Shown in pieces: positions 1 through 10,035 of a stretch of DNA of 22,689 nucleotides; within the stretch, counting starts at the first letter, position 1, and each line of letters begins with the position of its first letter. The notes under the pieces are model-generated. The model had not been told where the DNA came from. It saw only the letters and a list, made by a program, of their open reading frames with translations, and searched no databases. A program made the position numbers and the translations under genes. The DNA is from Octopus sinensis (Eukaryota), in contig NW_021836705.1 of assembly GCF_006345805.1 (NCBI RefSeq), forward strand, positions 1-22,689. The letters run 5' to 3'.

Positions 1-408
1 AGGAAGATGTTCACTTAAAGAGAATAACAAGCTGCATAATGCAAAATGTTTACTTTTCAAAAAATTCCAATTGTAAAGGGTCGAAACAAACCCGAGCAAC
101 GCCGGGCGATACTGCTAGTAACTATATACAATTGAACATTCCTGTAGGGTTATATCTAACTATATACATGAATATGCTGATATTTAACCGCTCATACTTA
201 TATAGTTATATACACCCAGACATACCTACGCAAGTTACGTACAACTATAAATTTACAGAATTTAAGTAGACAGGGACGAAATCAGACTTCAGTTCCGTAA
301 TTGATGGAGATTGAACTCACACACGAGCAATTCGTATTCAATGTTATTGCTATTATGAAATCAAAGCGAAACAAAAGATCAAATCATGAGATATTGGTAG
401 TGCCTACA

Positions 409-461
409 CCCATCCCCCTCTCCACCCCACCCCCGTGTGCCACCCCACCACACCCACACCC
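409..461 (-). other. G-quadruplex-capable tract (C-runs on + strand)
   Basis: At least four runs of three or more C within about 50 nt (ccc..ccccc..cccc..ccccc..cccc..ccc..ccc). Confidence 0.5.
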
Positions 462-922
462 AACATTTCGGTTATTAGAATCGTGTTTCCTTATAAGCAA
501 TAAACATTCGCCTCCCCCATCCACCTCACTGTCTCCCTACCTCCCACTCTCTGTCTCTCTCACTCGCTCCTACCCACCCGTCCTCTCTCTCTCTCTCTCT
601 CTCTCCTTTTTCACCCTATTCTCTTATTTCCCTATCTGCCGAGTGCGGTGGGGTGCGGGAGGAGGTAGTAATATAAAAATATGAAAACAAGTTTATACAC
701 ATTACTCACACACACACACCACACACACAACAAACGTTGGACATTAAACTCTTATATACAATAGATACACACGCACACACAAAACACCCATGTGTCTGCG
801 TGCGTGTCTGCGCGTGTGTGTGTGTAACGATACAATGAGATATTGGTTCAAAGAGTGAAATAATTTTAATTTGTCCTACTGTGGTAAGCTAACAGCACAT
901 CAATAACATTTTCTTTCTCCAT

Positions 923-925
<3 letters not shown>

Positions 926-963
<38 letters not shown>
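926..963. repeat. (CA)n microsatellite
   Basis: Pure CA run. Confidence 0.97.
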
Positions 964-967
<4 letters not shown>

Positions 968-1045
968 TATATTGATATATATGCCTATGTAGTATATGTT
1001 AAACAACTACAGTTTATACGTGTACACATGCACAGACACATCTAA

Positions 1046-1244
1046 ACACACACATATATATACATTCATATACTCATACACACGTATATATAAGATATTT
1101 GTGTATATGTATGATATATATAAAATAACAATAGTGTACACACACACACACATATATATATATATACATTCATATACTCATACACACGCATATATAAGAT
1201 ATTTGTGTATATGTATGATATATATAAAATAACAATAGTGTACA
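1046..1244. repeat. Tandem duplication, period about 104 bp, two copies
   Basis: Core 'tacattcatatactcatacacacg...aaaataacaatagtgtaca' occurs at 1061-1140 and 1165-1244, nearly identical. Confidence 0.93.
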
Positions 1245-1259
1245 TACATACATACATAT

Positions 1260-1290
<31 letters not shown>

Positions 1291-1318
1291 CATATATATA
1301 ATATAAGGTCTTAACTCG

Positions 1319-1333
1319 CCACTAGTGGGCGCC
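1319..1333 (+). promoter_or_regulatory. CTCF-like motif CCACTAGTGGGCGCC
   Basis: Matches the CTCF core CCRCYAGRKGGCR at 12 of 13 positions; isolated GC-rich island in AT-rich sequence. Confidence 0.25.
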
Positions 1334-1995
1334 ACACAAGCAGTACTCACGGAAACTCTCAATATTTAGTAATACTCTTCCCTTCTCTTTCTTTCTCTCT
1401 CTCTCTCTCTCTATTACAAGATGTAAGCAATCACTCCGTTAATAACTTGTGTTTTCAATAATGGAATTTTTATTTGTGAAAATTTAATTTCATCTCCCTC
1501 TTTGAAGTGAACACTTGTCAAAATCTACACATCGAGCAATGGAGATGTCTATCTATCGATTTACACACTCACGCAAGCACACACGCACACACACACACAC
1601 ACACATATTTATATATACACACGCACACACGTGGGTACATATATTTACATGTACCTTTAGATTTATATTTGTATAAATATAACATTACATACACCAATAT
1701 ATACTGATACAGTATGTGATTGTGTGTTTGTGTGTGATATTAACATACACGAGACAAAAGAACAAAATGGTGTATATTCGCTTAATCTACTGATATACTG
1801 TATTCCTATATATATATATACATAAATACTAACAATAACATTTAACAAATTAAACATATGCATACACCACATATATGTACATACGTACATCTATATGTAT
1901 ATATACATGCCATATATATATAAATATGAGTACAGGACACCACAAATAAACGTAGAACATATATATATATATATATTATATATATATATATAGAT

Positions 1996-2107
1996 ATATA
2001 TATAAGGAATATTGTATATCACCATATTATATATATATATAATATATAAGGAATATTGTATATCACCATATATATATATATATATATATAAGGAATATTG
2101 TATATCA

Positions 2108-2152
<45 letters not shown>

Positions 2153-2180
2153 TATATATATAAGGAATTATTGTATATCA

Positions 2181-2216
<36 letters not shown>

Positions 2217-2243
2217 TATATATAAGGAATATTGTATATCACC

Positions 2244-2288
<45 letters not shown>

Positions 2289-2478
2289 AATATTGTATAT
2301 CACCATATAATATATATATATATATATAGATATATATAAGAATATTGTATATCACCATATATATATATATATATATATAGATATATATATATATATATAT
2401 ATCTATAAGAATATTGTATATCACCATATATATAATATATATATATATATAATATATATATAAGGAATATGTATATCA

Positions 2479-2528
<50 letters not shown>

Positions 2529-2545
2529 ATACTGTATATCAGCAT
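1996..2545. repeat. Minisatellite: 10 copies of core AAGGAATATTGTATATCACC separated by variable (AT)n
   Basis: Cores start at about 2004, 2048, 2090, 2162, 2224, 2285, 2338, 2407, 2462 and 2525. Confidence 0.95.
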
Positions 2546-2554
2546 ATATATATT

Positions 2555-2783
2555 ATTTCTTTACTACCCCAAGGGGATAAACATTGAGGGGACAAACAAA
2601 GACAAACAAACGGATTAAGTCGATTACATCGACCCCAGTGCGTAACTGGTACTTATTTAATCGACCCCGAAAGGATGAAAGGCAAAGTCGACCTCGGCGG
2701 AATTTGAACTCGGAACGTAGCGGCAGACGAAATACCGCTAAGCATTTCGCCCGGCGTGCTAACGTTTCTGCCAGCTCGCCACC
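2555..2783 (-). mobile_element. tRNA-derived SINE, octopus-type, tail variant B
   Basis: Minus strand reads GGTGGCGAGCTGGCAGAAACG (A-box-like) ... GAGTTCAAATTCC (B-box-like) ... GGTCGACTTTGCCTTTCATCCTTTCGGGGTCG core. Near-identical to 16991-17217. The core resembles the Meta-type SINE domain (from memory). Confidence 0.9.
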
Positions 2784-3059
2784 GTCGCCGATTATGATAT
2801 TACTCCACCAATCACCTCACTATATATGTATCACACACACACACACACTTGTAGCATCATCTGCGTGAATTAGATGCTACCGTTTTCCGTAAACAGCCGT
2901 GTTAATCACTATACGAATGCGACATCACATCTTTGACCGTCCAGATAATGTACATGTGGAAGACGTATTAAGAGAGAGAGAGAGAGAGAGAGAGTAAATT
3001 AAGGCGATTCTCTTTCGCTTTCTACGATATCTGATTAACTGAACGGTTTTCGTATTGGA

Positions 3060-3152
3060 TTATAAATGAGTGAAATATTCGTCAGACACTTGTTCTAGCA
3101 ATGTTCTCCTGTGACAATTTACATAGCAATTTGCGTGTGACAAGGCTGATCC
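3060..3152 (-). mobile_element. Degraded remnant of a SINE 3' region
   Basis: Reverse complement contains cagccttgtcacac and flanks similar to an octopus SINE tail as I recall it; not verifiable here. Confidence 0.3.
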
Positions 3153-3986
3153 CCTCTCACCACCTGATTTATAGGTTCGTTTATATTACCGTGTGGGTGG
3201 CTGAATATACTGCAGTCACATTTACTTCTATTGTAAGTAAAGATATTGTTCAAACGACCGTTTGAGACAAATATTTAAGTAGTTTCCGGCAGAATTTCAG
3301 TCTTCCCTTAGCGCCGTTCTGCCACTGGTTCTATTGGAACCCCTCTAATCTCCACCCCGATTATACCCCTATAATCTACGTGGTCAAATCTATACTAAAA
3401 CTTGTCTGCCCCTTGTTTTTATAACTGTTACAACAGTGGAATTAGTGTTCGGATAATATGATCACAAAGTGAAGAGTCGCTTACGTAGTTACTGCCCCTG
3501 CAAAGATATAACAGCTAAATATCCATCATACTAGGTTGTACTGTTTTAAAATTTGAAGGTCAATTTGGATAATGTCACAGTAAGTATTACATTAAACCTG
3601 AAAGACTGTTGAGAGAAAAAAAAAAGATGCGATTATAATAAGCGGATTGGAACGTCGTTGAACATAAGTGTGCCTGATCGAGACTGAGCGAGAGTTAAAG
3701 AACAACATTGCTATAATGGCATCAGTTCTTGGTTCAGACTTGAAAATAGAATTGGTTATTGATGTAACAACGGAAAAGATTAGGAAGGAGAGTAAGAAAT
3801 ATTCTACCACAACAGACTTTAAACGGTGCTGATTCCAGTGTTTCTTTGGTGGAATTAACCAGATTTAAATCTTGTCTTTGATGTGTTTTGTGTGAAATGT
3901 TTGAACGTTTCACAAGATATTTCAAGATAAACTACTTTAAGAAAACACCTTTTACAATGTCACAGTGAGCAAATAATATTTCATAC

Positions 3987-3989
<3 letters not shown>

Positions 3990-4036
<47 letters not shown>
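3990..4036. repeat. (TA)n microsatellite
   Basis: Pure TA run. Confidence 0.97.
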
Positions 4037-4039
<3 letters not shown>

Positions 4040-4175
4040 AGATACACACACACTTAATGTGTATACATACACACATGCAATTTATAAGACGCATTCACAC
4101 ACATACATTATATATATATACACACACACACACACGCACATGGCACACGCATATAAATGTGTGTGTGTGTGTGGT

Positions 4176-4311
4176 CTCGATTCCTGAATCTGGCGGTGCG
4201 TTGTTTTTGAGCGAAACACTTCCTTTCATCTTGGCCCAGTGCACCTAACCGTAAATGAGTTCTAGTAATAATTGGCAAATTAATCCCGCCACGGGCCAGT
4301 GTCCTCTCCTG
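4176..4311 (+). mobile_element. Old tRNA-SINE remnant with CORE-like and V-domain-like segments
   Basis: 'tcgattcc' B-box remnant, then 'gttgtttttgagcgaaacactt...cccagtgcacctaaccgtaaatgagt' and 'cccgccacgggccagtgtcctctcctg', similar to recalled V-SINE motifs. Confidence 0.4.
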
Positions 4312-4358
4312 TTCTCAGTCATATCTATGTCATGGGAGCCGCTTTAAGCGTTTTCCTT

Positions 4359-4384
4359 TCTCTCTCTGTCTGTCTGTCTGTCTG

Positions 4385-4433
<49 letters not shown>
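4359..4433. repeat. (CT)n/(CTGT)n compound microsatellite
   Basis: Direct reading. Confidence 0.95.
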
Positions 4434-4436
<3 letters not shown>

Positions 4437-4704
4437 GTTGTCAGTTTACTTGCCCGCGATGTTGTTTAGACTGAATTACTTTGAAGTTTGTTACAGAAAT
4501 CGTGGTGTGCAATTTTTATATTTTCTCACCATCGTTGGACGCTTGCTCGCCCCTCTTTATCTGCTTCCAATCAAAATAGTTCACCGAGTTAAAATATTCC
4601 GGCCTTCTTTTTTCTCCATGGTCACTACTTAGACTAATGCTTCCATATGCAGTATATTATAGGCAGGCTAAGACATTATTATTATTATTATTATCATTAT
4701 TATT

Positions 4705-5174
4705 AAGTGAGAGAGCAGTGCATGCCATCAAAGTGACACTGGGTAAACTATATGAAGCCCAGTATACCCATCATGACTACTCGTCTGATAAGAGTACACT
4801 AGGCACATGACCTTGCAGGTGGGGCCCAGTTAGAATTTTCTTCTGGTCGAGTAACCCATCCCGCTCAAAAGGTCTCTGAATGAGGGTTGTTTAAGGATGT
4901 TGAACGAAACACCCATGTTTCCAGAGATGAATTATTCAAACCCCAAATAATTCCTCTCAACACATGGCTATGATACTCTCCCAGTACTTCTGCTCGTGAT
5001 CAGAGATGCACATCTGGTTAAGGTCAAACAATTGACAAGCAAATCTGTGGTATTGGGCAGAATATTTGCTGTAGCCCATCTTTTATACCAAAACAAAACA
5101 ATGTACATGATAATATTTCCTATCAGTTAAGATTAGAAGCCACGAGAGCCACTGCCTGGTACTGCATTAGGGCA
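4705..5174. mobile_element. 470-bp interspersed repeat inserted in an (ATT)n tract
   Basis: Complex, more GC-rich block bounded by (ATT)n at 4675-4704 and 5175-5241; no ORF or terminal inverted repeat. Resembles a common octopus repeat (recollection). Confidence 0.65.

Positions 5175-5241
<67 letters not shown>
5175..5241. repeat. (ATT)n microsatellite
   Basis: Direct reading. Confidence 0.97.
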
Positions 5242-5242
<1 letters not shown>

Positions 5243-5526
5243 CTGTGCCTTGAAGCCCTCAACTTTTTCAATGTCATTGGAACATTTTAAAATTTTCAAC
5301 CTTTTCAATTCTTATCTGATTTTAATCATTAAACACAACTTAATATACAATCTTTCATAGTTTTCTTTCTTGTATTCTTCAAATTACCTTATATCTCTAT
5401 TTTTTGCTCTTTTTCATTCTGTATGCGAGAGAGAGAAAGAGAGAGAAATAGGATGAGGAGGAGTAATTCAAAGAATGACTTTTAGTATTATTTTTACATA
5501 TTTTGCTGGCGCGTGTGTATCACTCA

Positions 5527-5608
<82 letters not shown>
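5527..5608. repeat. Self-complementary compound microsatellite (CT)n-(AT)n-(AG)n
   Basis: CT run 5527-5552, AT run 5553-5585, AG run 5586-5608. Confidence 0.93.
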
Positions 5609-5659
5609 AGAGAGAGACAGAGAGACAGACAGGCAGGCAAGCAGGCAGGCAGAGAGTAA

Positions 5660-5821
5660 GTGCAATGTGACTGAATGGTTAAGATGCTCACTTCGCAACT
5701 GTAAGGTTCCGCTTTTGATGTCGCTGTGTGCCATCTTGGTCAAATGTTACTTTCTATAGCCTTGGGTCGACTCATATTTTGTCAGCGACACCCGATAAAT
5801 AGAAACTGTATCAAAACCCGT
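5660..5821 (+). mobile_element. Diverged CORE-type tRNA SINE, same family as 16382-16546
   Basis: Colinear with the 16382 copy: 'gtgactgaatggttaag', 'tgtgccatcttggtcaaatgttactttctatagccttgggtcgac', 'gaaactgtatcaaaacccgt'. A possible 3' extension runs to about 5950. Confidence 0.65.
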
Positions 5822-6302
5822 GAAATGGATTGTACTTGCAATTCAGAAGGTACACCCTTGCCATGGACAGTGTGTCACACAGATTCTGCCAGTGAAATAC
5901 CTAATGGGTTCATGTGTCTGCCAGATTCTCTTAGATCGAGTTAACTTAGATGTTAGCTCAATCAACAGAAAAATTTACTTTGGAAATACTTGCAAGAATT
6001 TATTGATTTGAAAAGCAGAAACAATAAACAATAGCGGGCGGGGAGTTGGCAAGAATCGATGTGGCGACGAAAACGAGAATATATTTTACGGCAAGTCTAT
6101 CACATCCATCGTGATGCTCAACAGACACTTATTTTATCGATCTCAAATCTTGCCTAAAATAACAAATCTCTGTTCTGGTAAATAAAATTCATGACGCCAA
6201 ACAAAACCAAACAGTTTACTGAACACGTTTTAGGTTCAAGCCGGATACAGCGTAGCTTATGCGATCGCGTTTCACATATTTTGGTATTTTAGGTAAGATT
6301 TA

Positions 6303-6353
6303 GGGTCGATAAATAAAGTACAAACTGAGCACTGGTAACGATCGACTTGCCCC
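6303..6353 (+). mobile_element. SINE core fragment
   Basis: 'gggtcgataaataaagtacaaactgagcactgg...atcgacttgcccc' matches the core of the in-window SINE copies. Confidence 0.6.
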
Positions 6354-6650
6354 TTTGAAACCGATAATGGAGGGAAGATTCCAATCATAAGAATTGGAAT
6401 GGTACATTCGAAATGGAATTGTCACACCCGAAACTACCAAAGAGCAGATGTTGATCAACTGGATGCTTATTTTGTATTTTATGCTGTGAACTTAATCGGT
6501 ACAGAACAATGTGAAATGTGAAATATAGTTGATTAAATATTGGTACCTATCTTAGCTACGTCAGGAAAATAGAAGACAAAGTTGAATATTGTAGAATATT
6601 GATAATATTGAGTTCGTTAGATAAGACGCTGTCGTTAAAAGCTAAAACAA

Positions 6651-6925
6651 GGTATTTTACATGAAATGAAGGTAAATCTCGAACGCAGAATAGCTATGGA
6701 AACAGCTTAGTAGATCGGGTAGATACCCTTAGAAGACTGGGGGAAAAGTGGCCAATTAGCCGCTACCGACACTCGAACCTTGTACTTCAGCTGGAATTTC
6801 AGAGGTACAGCTTTTGATTCTCTGGCCACTTTACCTCCGTCTTCTTAGGGTATCTACCCGATCTTCCAAGCTCTTTTCACTGCTACTCTACGTTTGAGCT
6901 TTCCTTCAATTTTCTGTCGAATACC
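6651..6925. mobile_element. Fold-back / MITE-like element with about 104-bp inverted arms
   Basis: 6651-6754 is the reverse complement of 6823-6925, with 20 differences in 105 columns by hand and an 18-bp perfect block. No clear target-site duplication. Confidence 0.65.
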
Positions 6926-7328
6926 AACTCACTCGGCGCTTCAACGTTTATTTATGAAAAATGCGAGATATTTTTTCCAGCTCTCTACCGATTTTACTAT
7001 CAAACCCTACTTTTAATACGTAAATACTATCAAAAAATATATTTAATTCTATTTGTTTAAACTAAGCCGCATAAATATTATTTAATTTCATTGTATTAAA
7101 TATAATCTGTTAATAGATATCTGTTACAAATGTTCCTGATGCAGCCCCTCCCCTCCCCTCATCCTATTCATTATATTCACCAACCGATTCTCCCCCCCCC
7201 CGCCTCCTACATCTCACCACCATTATTTCCTCAATTCCATTTTATTCTTTATATTCACGTGTCCTTTAGTTCTTTTGGTAATTCTCTATTTTGTTGTTCT
7301 TCCGTCTCTCCCACTATTAATTGTTCAG

Positions 7329-7473
7329 ACAGAAATGGCAAACGGTGCCAACGAAGAAAGGCACAAAGAGACGCACTTGGCCTTCTTTAAACTGTTTTGT
7401 TTGCTTCTAATGATTTGTCTTTTTCCTTTTCGTTTTTTCTTTTGGTGCCATCAGTCGAGGGTTACGCCTCGCT
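7329..7473 (+). CDS. Candidate coding exon, possible signal peptide or signal anchor
   Basis: Pyrimidine tract plus ttcag acceptor (7328); gaaATGG start at 7335; open frame MANGANEERHKETHLAFFKLFCLLLMICLFPFRFFFWCHQSRVTPR; GTGAGT donor at 7474 (phase 1). No homology recognised. Confidence 0.25.
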
Positions 7474-8548
7474 GTGAGTGAAAGATATTAAATAAAAGCG
7501 GGGAGACAACAAAAAAAGGTGGGGTAAGACGTGAACATATATGTGTGTGTGGTGTGTGAGAATAAAGATGGCTCAAATTACTGAATTACTTCCGGTTGAT
7601 TTCAAACGATAAATGCACAATAGCAATTACTTTAACTATCATGGCGGTGGCGGCGGCACTACTGATAATTAACAACACCAACGTATGTTTGTTGGGGAGT
7701 ATTAATGTTGTCTTTTTGATAAGACATAAAAGGAATTTGAGGTGGAATCGATTGTCGATAATTATCTATTGAGAACCATTGCCACTAGTAATAGAATAGT
7801 CGAACCCAGGACTGGTGCAGGACATCGTCACTTGTGCCAAAATTTAAAGAAACATCGCACAGAAATTCGACTAAAGATTTGAAGCGTAGAGAAGAAATTA
7901 GAGCCAATTTCGTTAAATACTCTCTATCGTTTCTTTAAACTCGCAACATTAAACAATGATAACGAGGGTTTCTTTGATTGCTTCCAGGACACCCGTTACA
8001 CAGTAATGAGGTATTTTCTAAACGTAAACAAACTTACTTTCTCGCCTGTACGACTAAAGCGTCCGATTGAGAGGGTTTACAGTCAGAAGTTTACGGGAGA
8101 GTAATTACTGGGTTACCGATGATTCGTAGGGCAATGTCGTTGGTAGGTTTCTGAGTTTCTTTTTTTATTCATTCGAGGGTTTCTTTTTAACCTGATAGAT
8201 TATAATTTGTCTCGGCTAGGTCAATACGCCAATAATAAACACACACACGCCTGTATAGTTAGTAAGTCAGTTACATAGCTAATCAGTTAAAGAAGAGATT
8301 CTGAACCAGTGCATGTGGTTATTATTATTATTGGTTAATCACCTTCCCAAGACCCATTTCAACAAATGAATTCATATCGAGAATCTTCCATAGCAAATAC
8401 AAAAAACGAAGTATTATAATTTATCTAATTCTCTTCGAGTTGAATCGTCAACAGAGACCTATTTGCATATTCTTTGATGCCTCTACACTGAACGTTTTAG
8501 ATGTATATTAAATGTAAACATACCTCACACACATATATACTTTTATGC

Positions 8549-8550
<2 letters not shown>

Positions 8551-8587
<37 letters not shown>
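8551..8587. repeat. (AC)n microsatellite
   Basis: Direct reading. Confidence 0.97.
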
Positions 8588-8588
<1 letters not shown>

Positions 8589-8684
8589 CATTTTTTAAAA
8601 AATGGTCCTTGGTCACAAGTTTACAGAAAAAGGATCAATAGTTGACTCGTACCCGGCTTAGAGATAGTGTTTTAAAGCCCAAAC

Positions 8685-8780
8685 GGAATAAAAACCAGTC
8701 GAGCCCCAGTGGGATGCAATCGACTGACTCTCCTCCTAAATTCCAGGCCTTGTTCCAACTGTAGAATGGAAATTATTATT
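8685..8780 (+). mobile_element. 5'-truncated diverged SINE (core and tail)
   Basis: 'aataaaaaccagtcgagcccc..gatgcaatcgactgac...aaattccaggccttgttccaa' parallels 8905-8990. Confidence 0.55.
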
Positions 8781-8782
8781 AA

Positions 8783-8998
8783 GACGGCGAGTTAATAGAA
8801 TTTTTAGCGCGCCTAACCAAATGCTTAGCGGTATTTCTTTCGGATCTTTTCATTCTAAGTTCAAATGGTGTCGAAGTCGATTTTAGCTTTCATCCCCTTG
8901 TGATCGATACCAGCTGAACACTGGGGTCAATGCAATCAACTTACCCCTTACCTTTCAAATTGCTGGCCTTGGGCCAGATTTAGAAAGAAAATGTTATT
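8783..8998 (+). mobile_element. Full-length diverged tRNA SINE, sense orientation
   Basis: gacggcgagttaatagaa...aaatgcttagcggtatttc...aagttcaaat...gtcgattttagctttcatcccc...ctggggtcaatgcaatc...gctggccttg; reverse complement of the 9814 and 2555 copies. Confidence 0.85.
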
Positions 8999-9396
8999 GT
9001 GGATTTTGTTGCGAAGACGGCAGCGGTTAATGCCTCCTTACATTTGATCATTCTACCCATGTCTTCTTAATCTTCCCAATTAATCAACCTCCCCCAACCT
9101 CTACACCCCAAAATCTTTCATTCCCCGCCGTCTTCCTCTCCCCGCCCCCTCTCTCTCTCTCCATCTCTTCTTCACTGTTAACCTTTCCGTCCTATCCTTC
9201 TCATTATTATCGCTGTGTTTGCTCTCGGCTATTGTTCCGCTTGTCACACAGTGAGTAGAAATACGATCAGCGGGACTGGTTTGACATCATTCCATATTGT
9301 CTGTTCGCTTTTAATGGAATATTCATTCTATGAAGAAACGAATAAATAAACAAATGATTACTAAAAGTAACGGATACAAATATCAACAATAGAAAA

Positions 9397-9424
9397 TGTG
9401 TGTGTGTGTGTGTGTGTGTGTGTG
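9397..9424. repeat. (TG)n microsatellite
   Basis: Direct reading. Confidence 0.95.
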
Positions 9425-9500
9425 ATTACTAGTAGCAATAGTAAAGAAAGCCAGGAAAAAAATAATAAAATGTTTTTAAAAAATTGACGAAAACGAGAGG

Positions 9501-9531
9501 AAAATGGCGACAACTATATTTCCGCCATATT
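9501..9531. promoter_or_regulatory. Inverted pair of YY1-like motifs
   Basis: AAAATGGCG (9501-9509) and CCGCCATATT (9522-9531) fit the YY1/Pho consensus CCGCCATNTT. Confidence 0.25.
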
Positions 9532-9813
9532 GTATTGTCTGTTTTATAGCAGTATGTCGATGTCGACTGAACATTGCTTCGTATTTTGTTTTAGAAATAA
9601 GTAATATTGTTTAATTAGAAATAAGTAATATTATTGCGATAGTTAATGATAACGGGAGGCTGGTCTACAGAATCGGTAGGGCGTCGAACCGAATACCTGG
9701 TCACGTTGCACAAGAAATATATTAAATATTTACTGGGAATTGGTGATTTACCCTCTTGTTATTCAGTTTTATGCAAATACACACGCAGGAGTATATGCAT
9801 CCAGTTCTTTGGA

Positions 9814-10035
9814 TACTCTTTTCTACTCTAGACACAAGACCCGAAATTTCTGGGGAGGGGGCTTGTCGATTAGATCGACTCCAGTACGCAACTGGTGCTT
9901 TATTTATTGACCCCGAAAGGATGAAAGGCAAAGTCGACCTCCCCGGAATTTGTACTCAGAACGTAAAGACAGACGAAATACCGCTAAGTTAGCACGCGAA
10001 ATACCGCGTGCTAACGATTCTGCCAGCTCGCCGCC
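9814..10035 (-). mobile_element. tRNA-derived SINE, tail variant A, with internal rearrangement
   Basis: Same head and core as the 2555 copy; tail 'tactcttttctactctagacacaagacccgaaatttctggggagggg' shared with 16822-16990. Confidence 0.92.

Noticed and set aside
170-190. 12-nt match to miR-1993 (tatgctgatatt)
   Set aside because: Seed differs and there is no proper precursor hairpin.
660-680. let-7-like gaggtagta and a nearby TATAAAA
   Set aside because: 9-nt match without a hairpin; TATA words are common in AT-rich DNA.
1996-2545. Repeat-spacer layout reminiscent of CRISPR
   Set aside because: Spacers are (AT)n rather than unique, there are no cas genes, and the context is eukaryotic.
2584-2868. 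Similar peptides (RKDERQSRPRRNLNSER) in ORFs at 2584, 9756/9950 and 17076
   Set aside because: Antisense translations of the same non-coding SINE, not a gene family.
3082-3150. miR-210-like string ttgcgtgtgacaaggctga with a weak hairpin
   Set aside because: Seed and 3' mismatches, poor stem, and better explained as a SINE tail remnant.
3570-3970. Repeated aatgtcaca|GTRAG suggesting duplicated exons, plus ORFs 3592-3925
   Set aside because: An 11-bp match is near chance expectation, acceptors are weak, and the peptides are unrecognisable.
4876-4912. Hammerhead-like ctgaatgag...cgaaac inside the ATT-flanked element
   Set aside because: Core spacing does not fit CUGANGA and there is no convincing stem II.
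5375-5476. Loose pyrimidine/purine inverted similarity
   Set aside because: Low complexity with many gaps; not distinguishable from chance.
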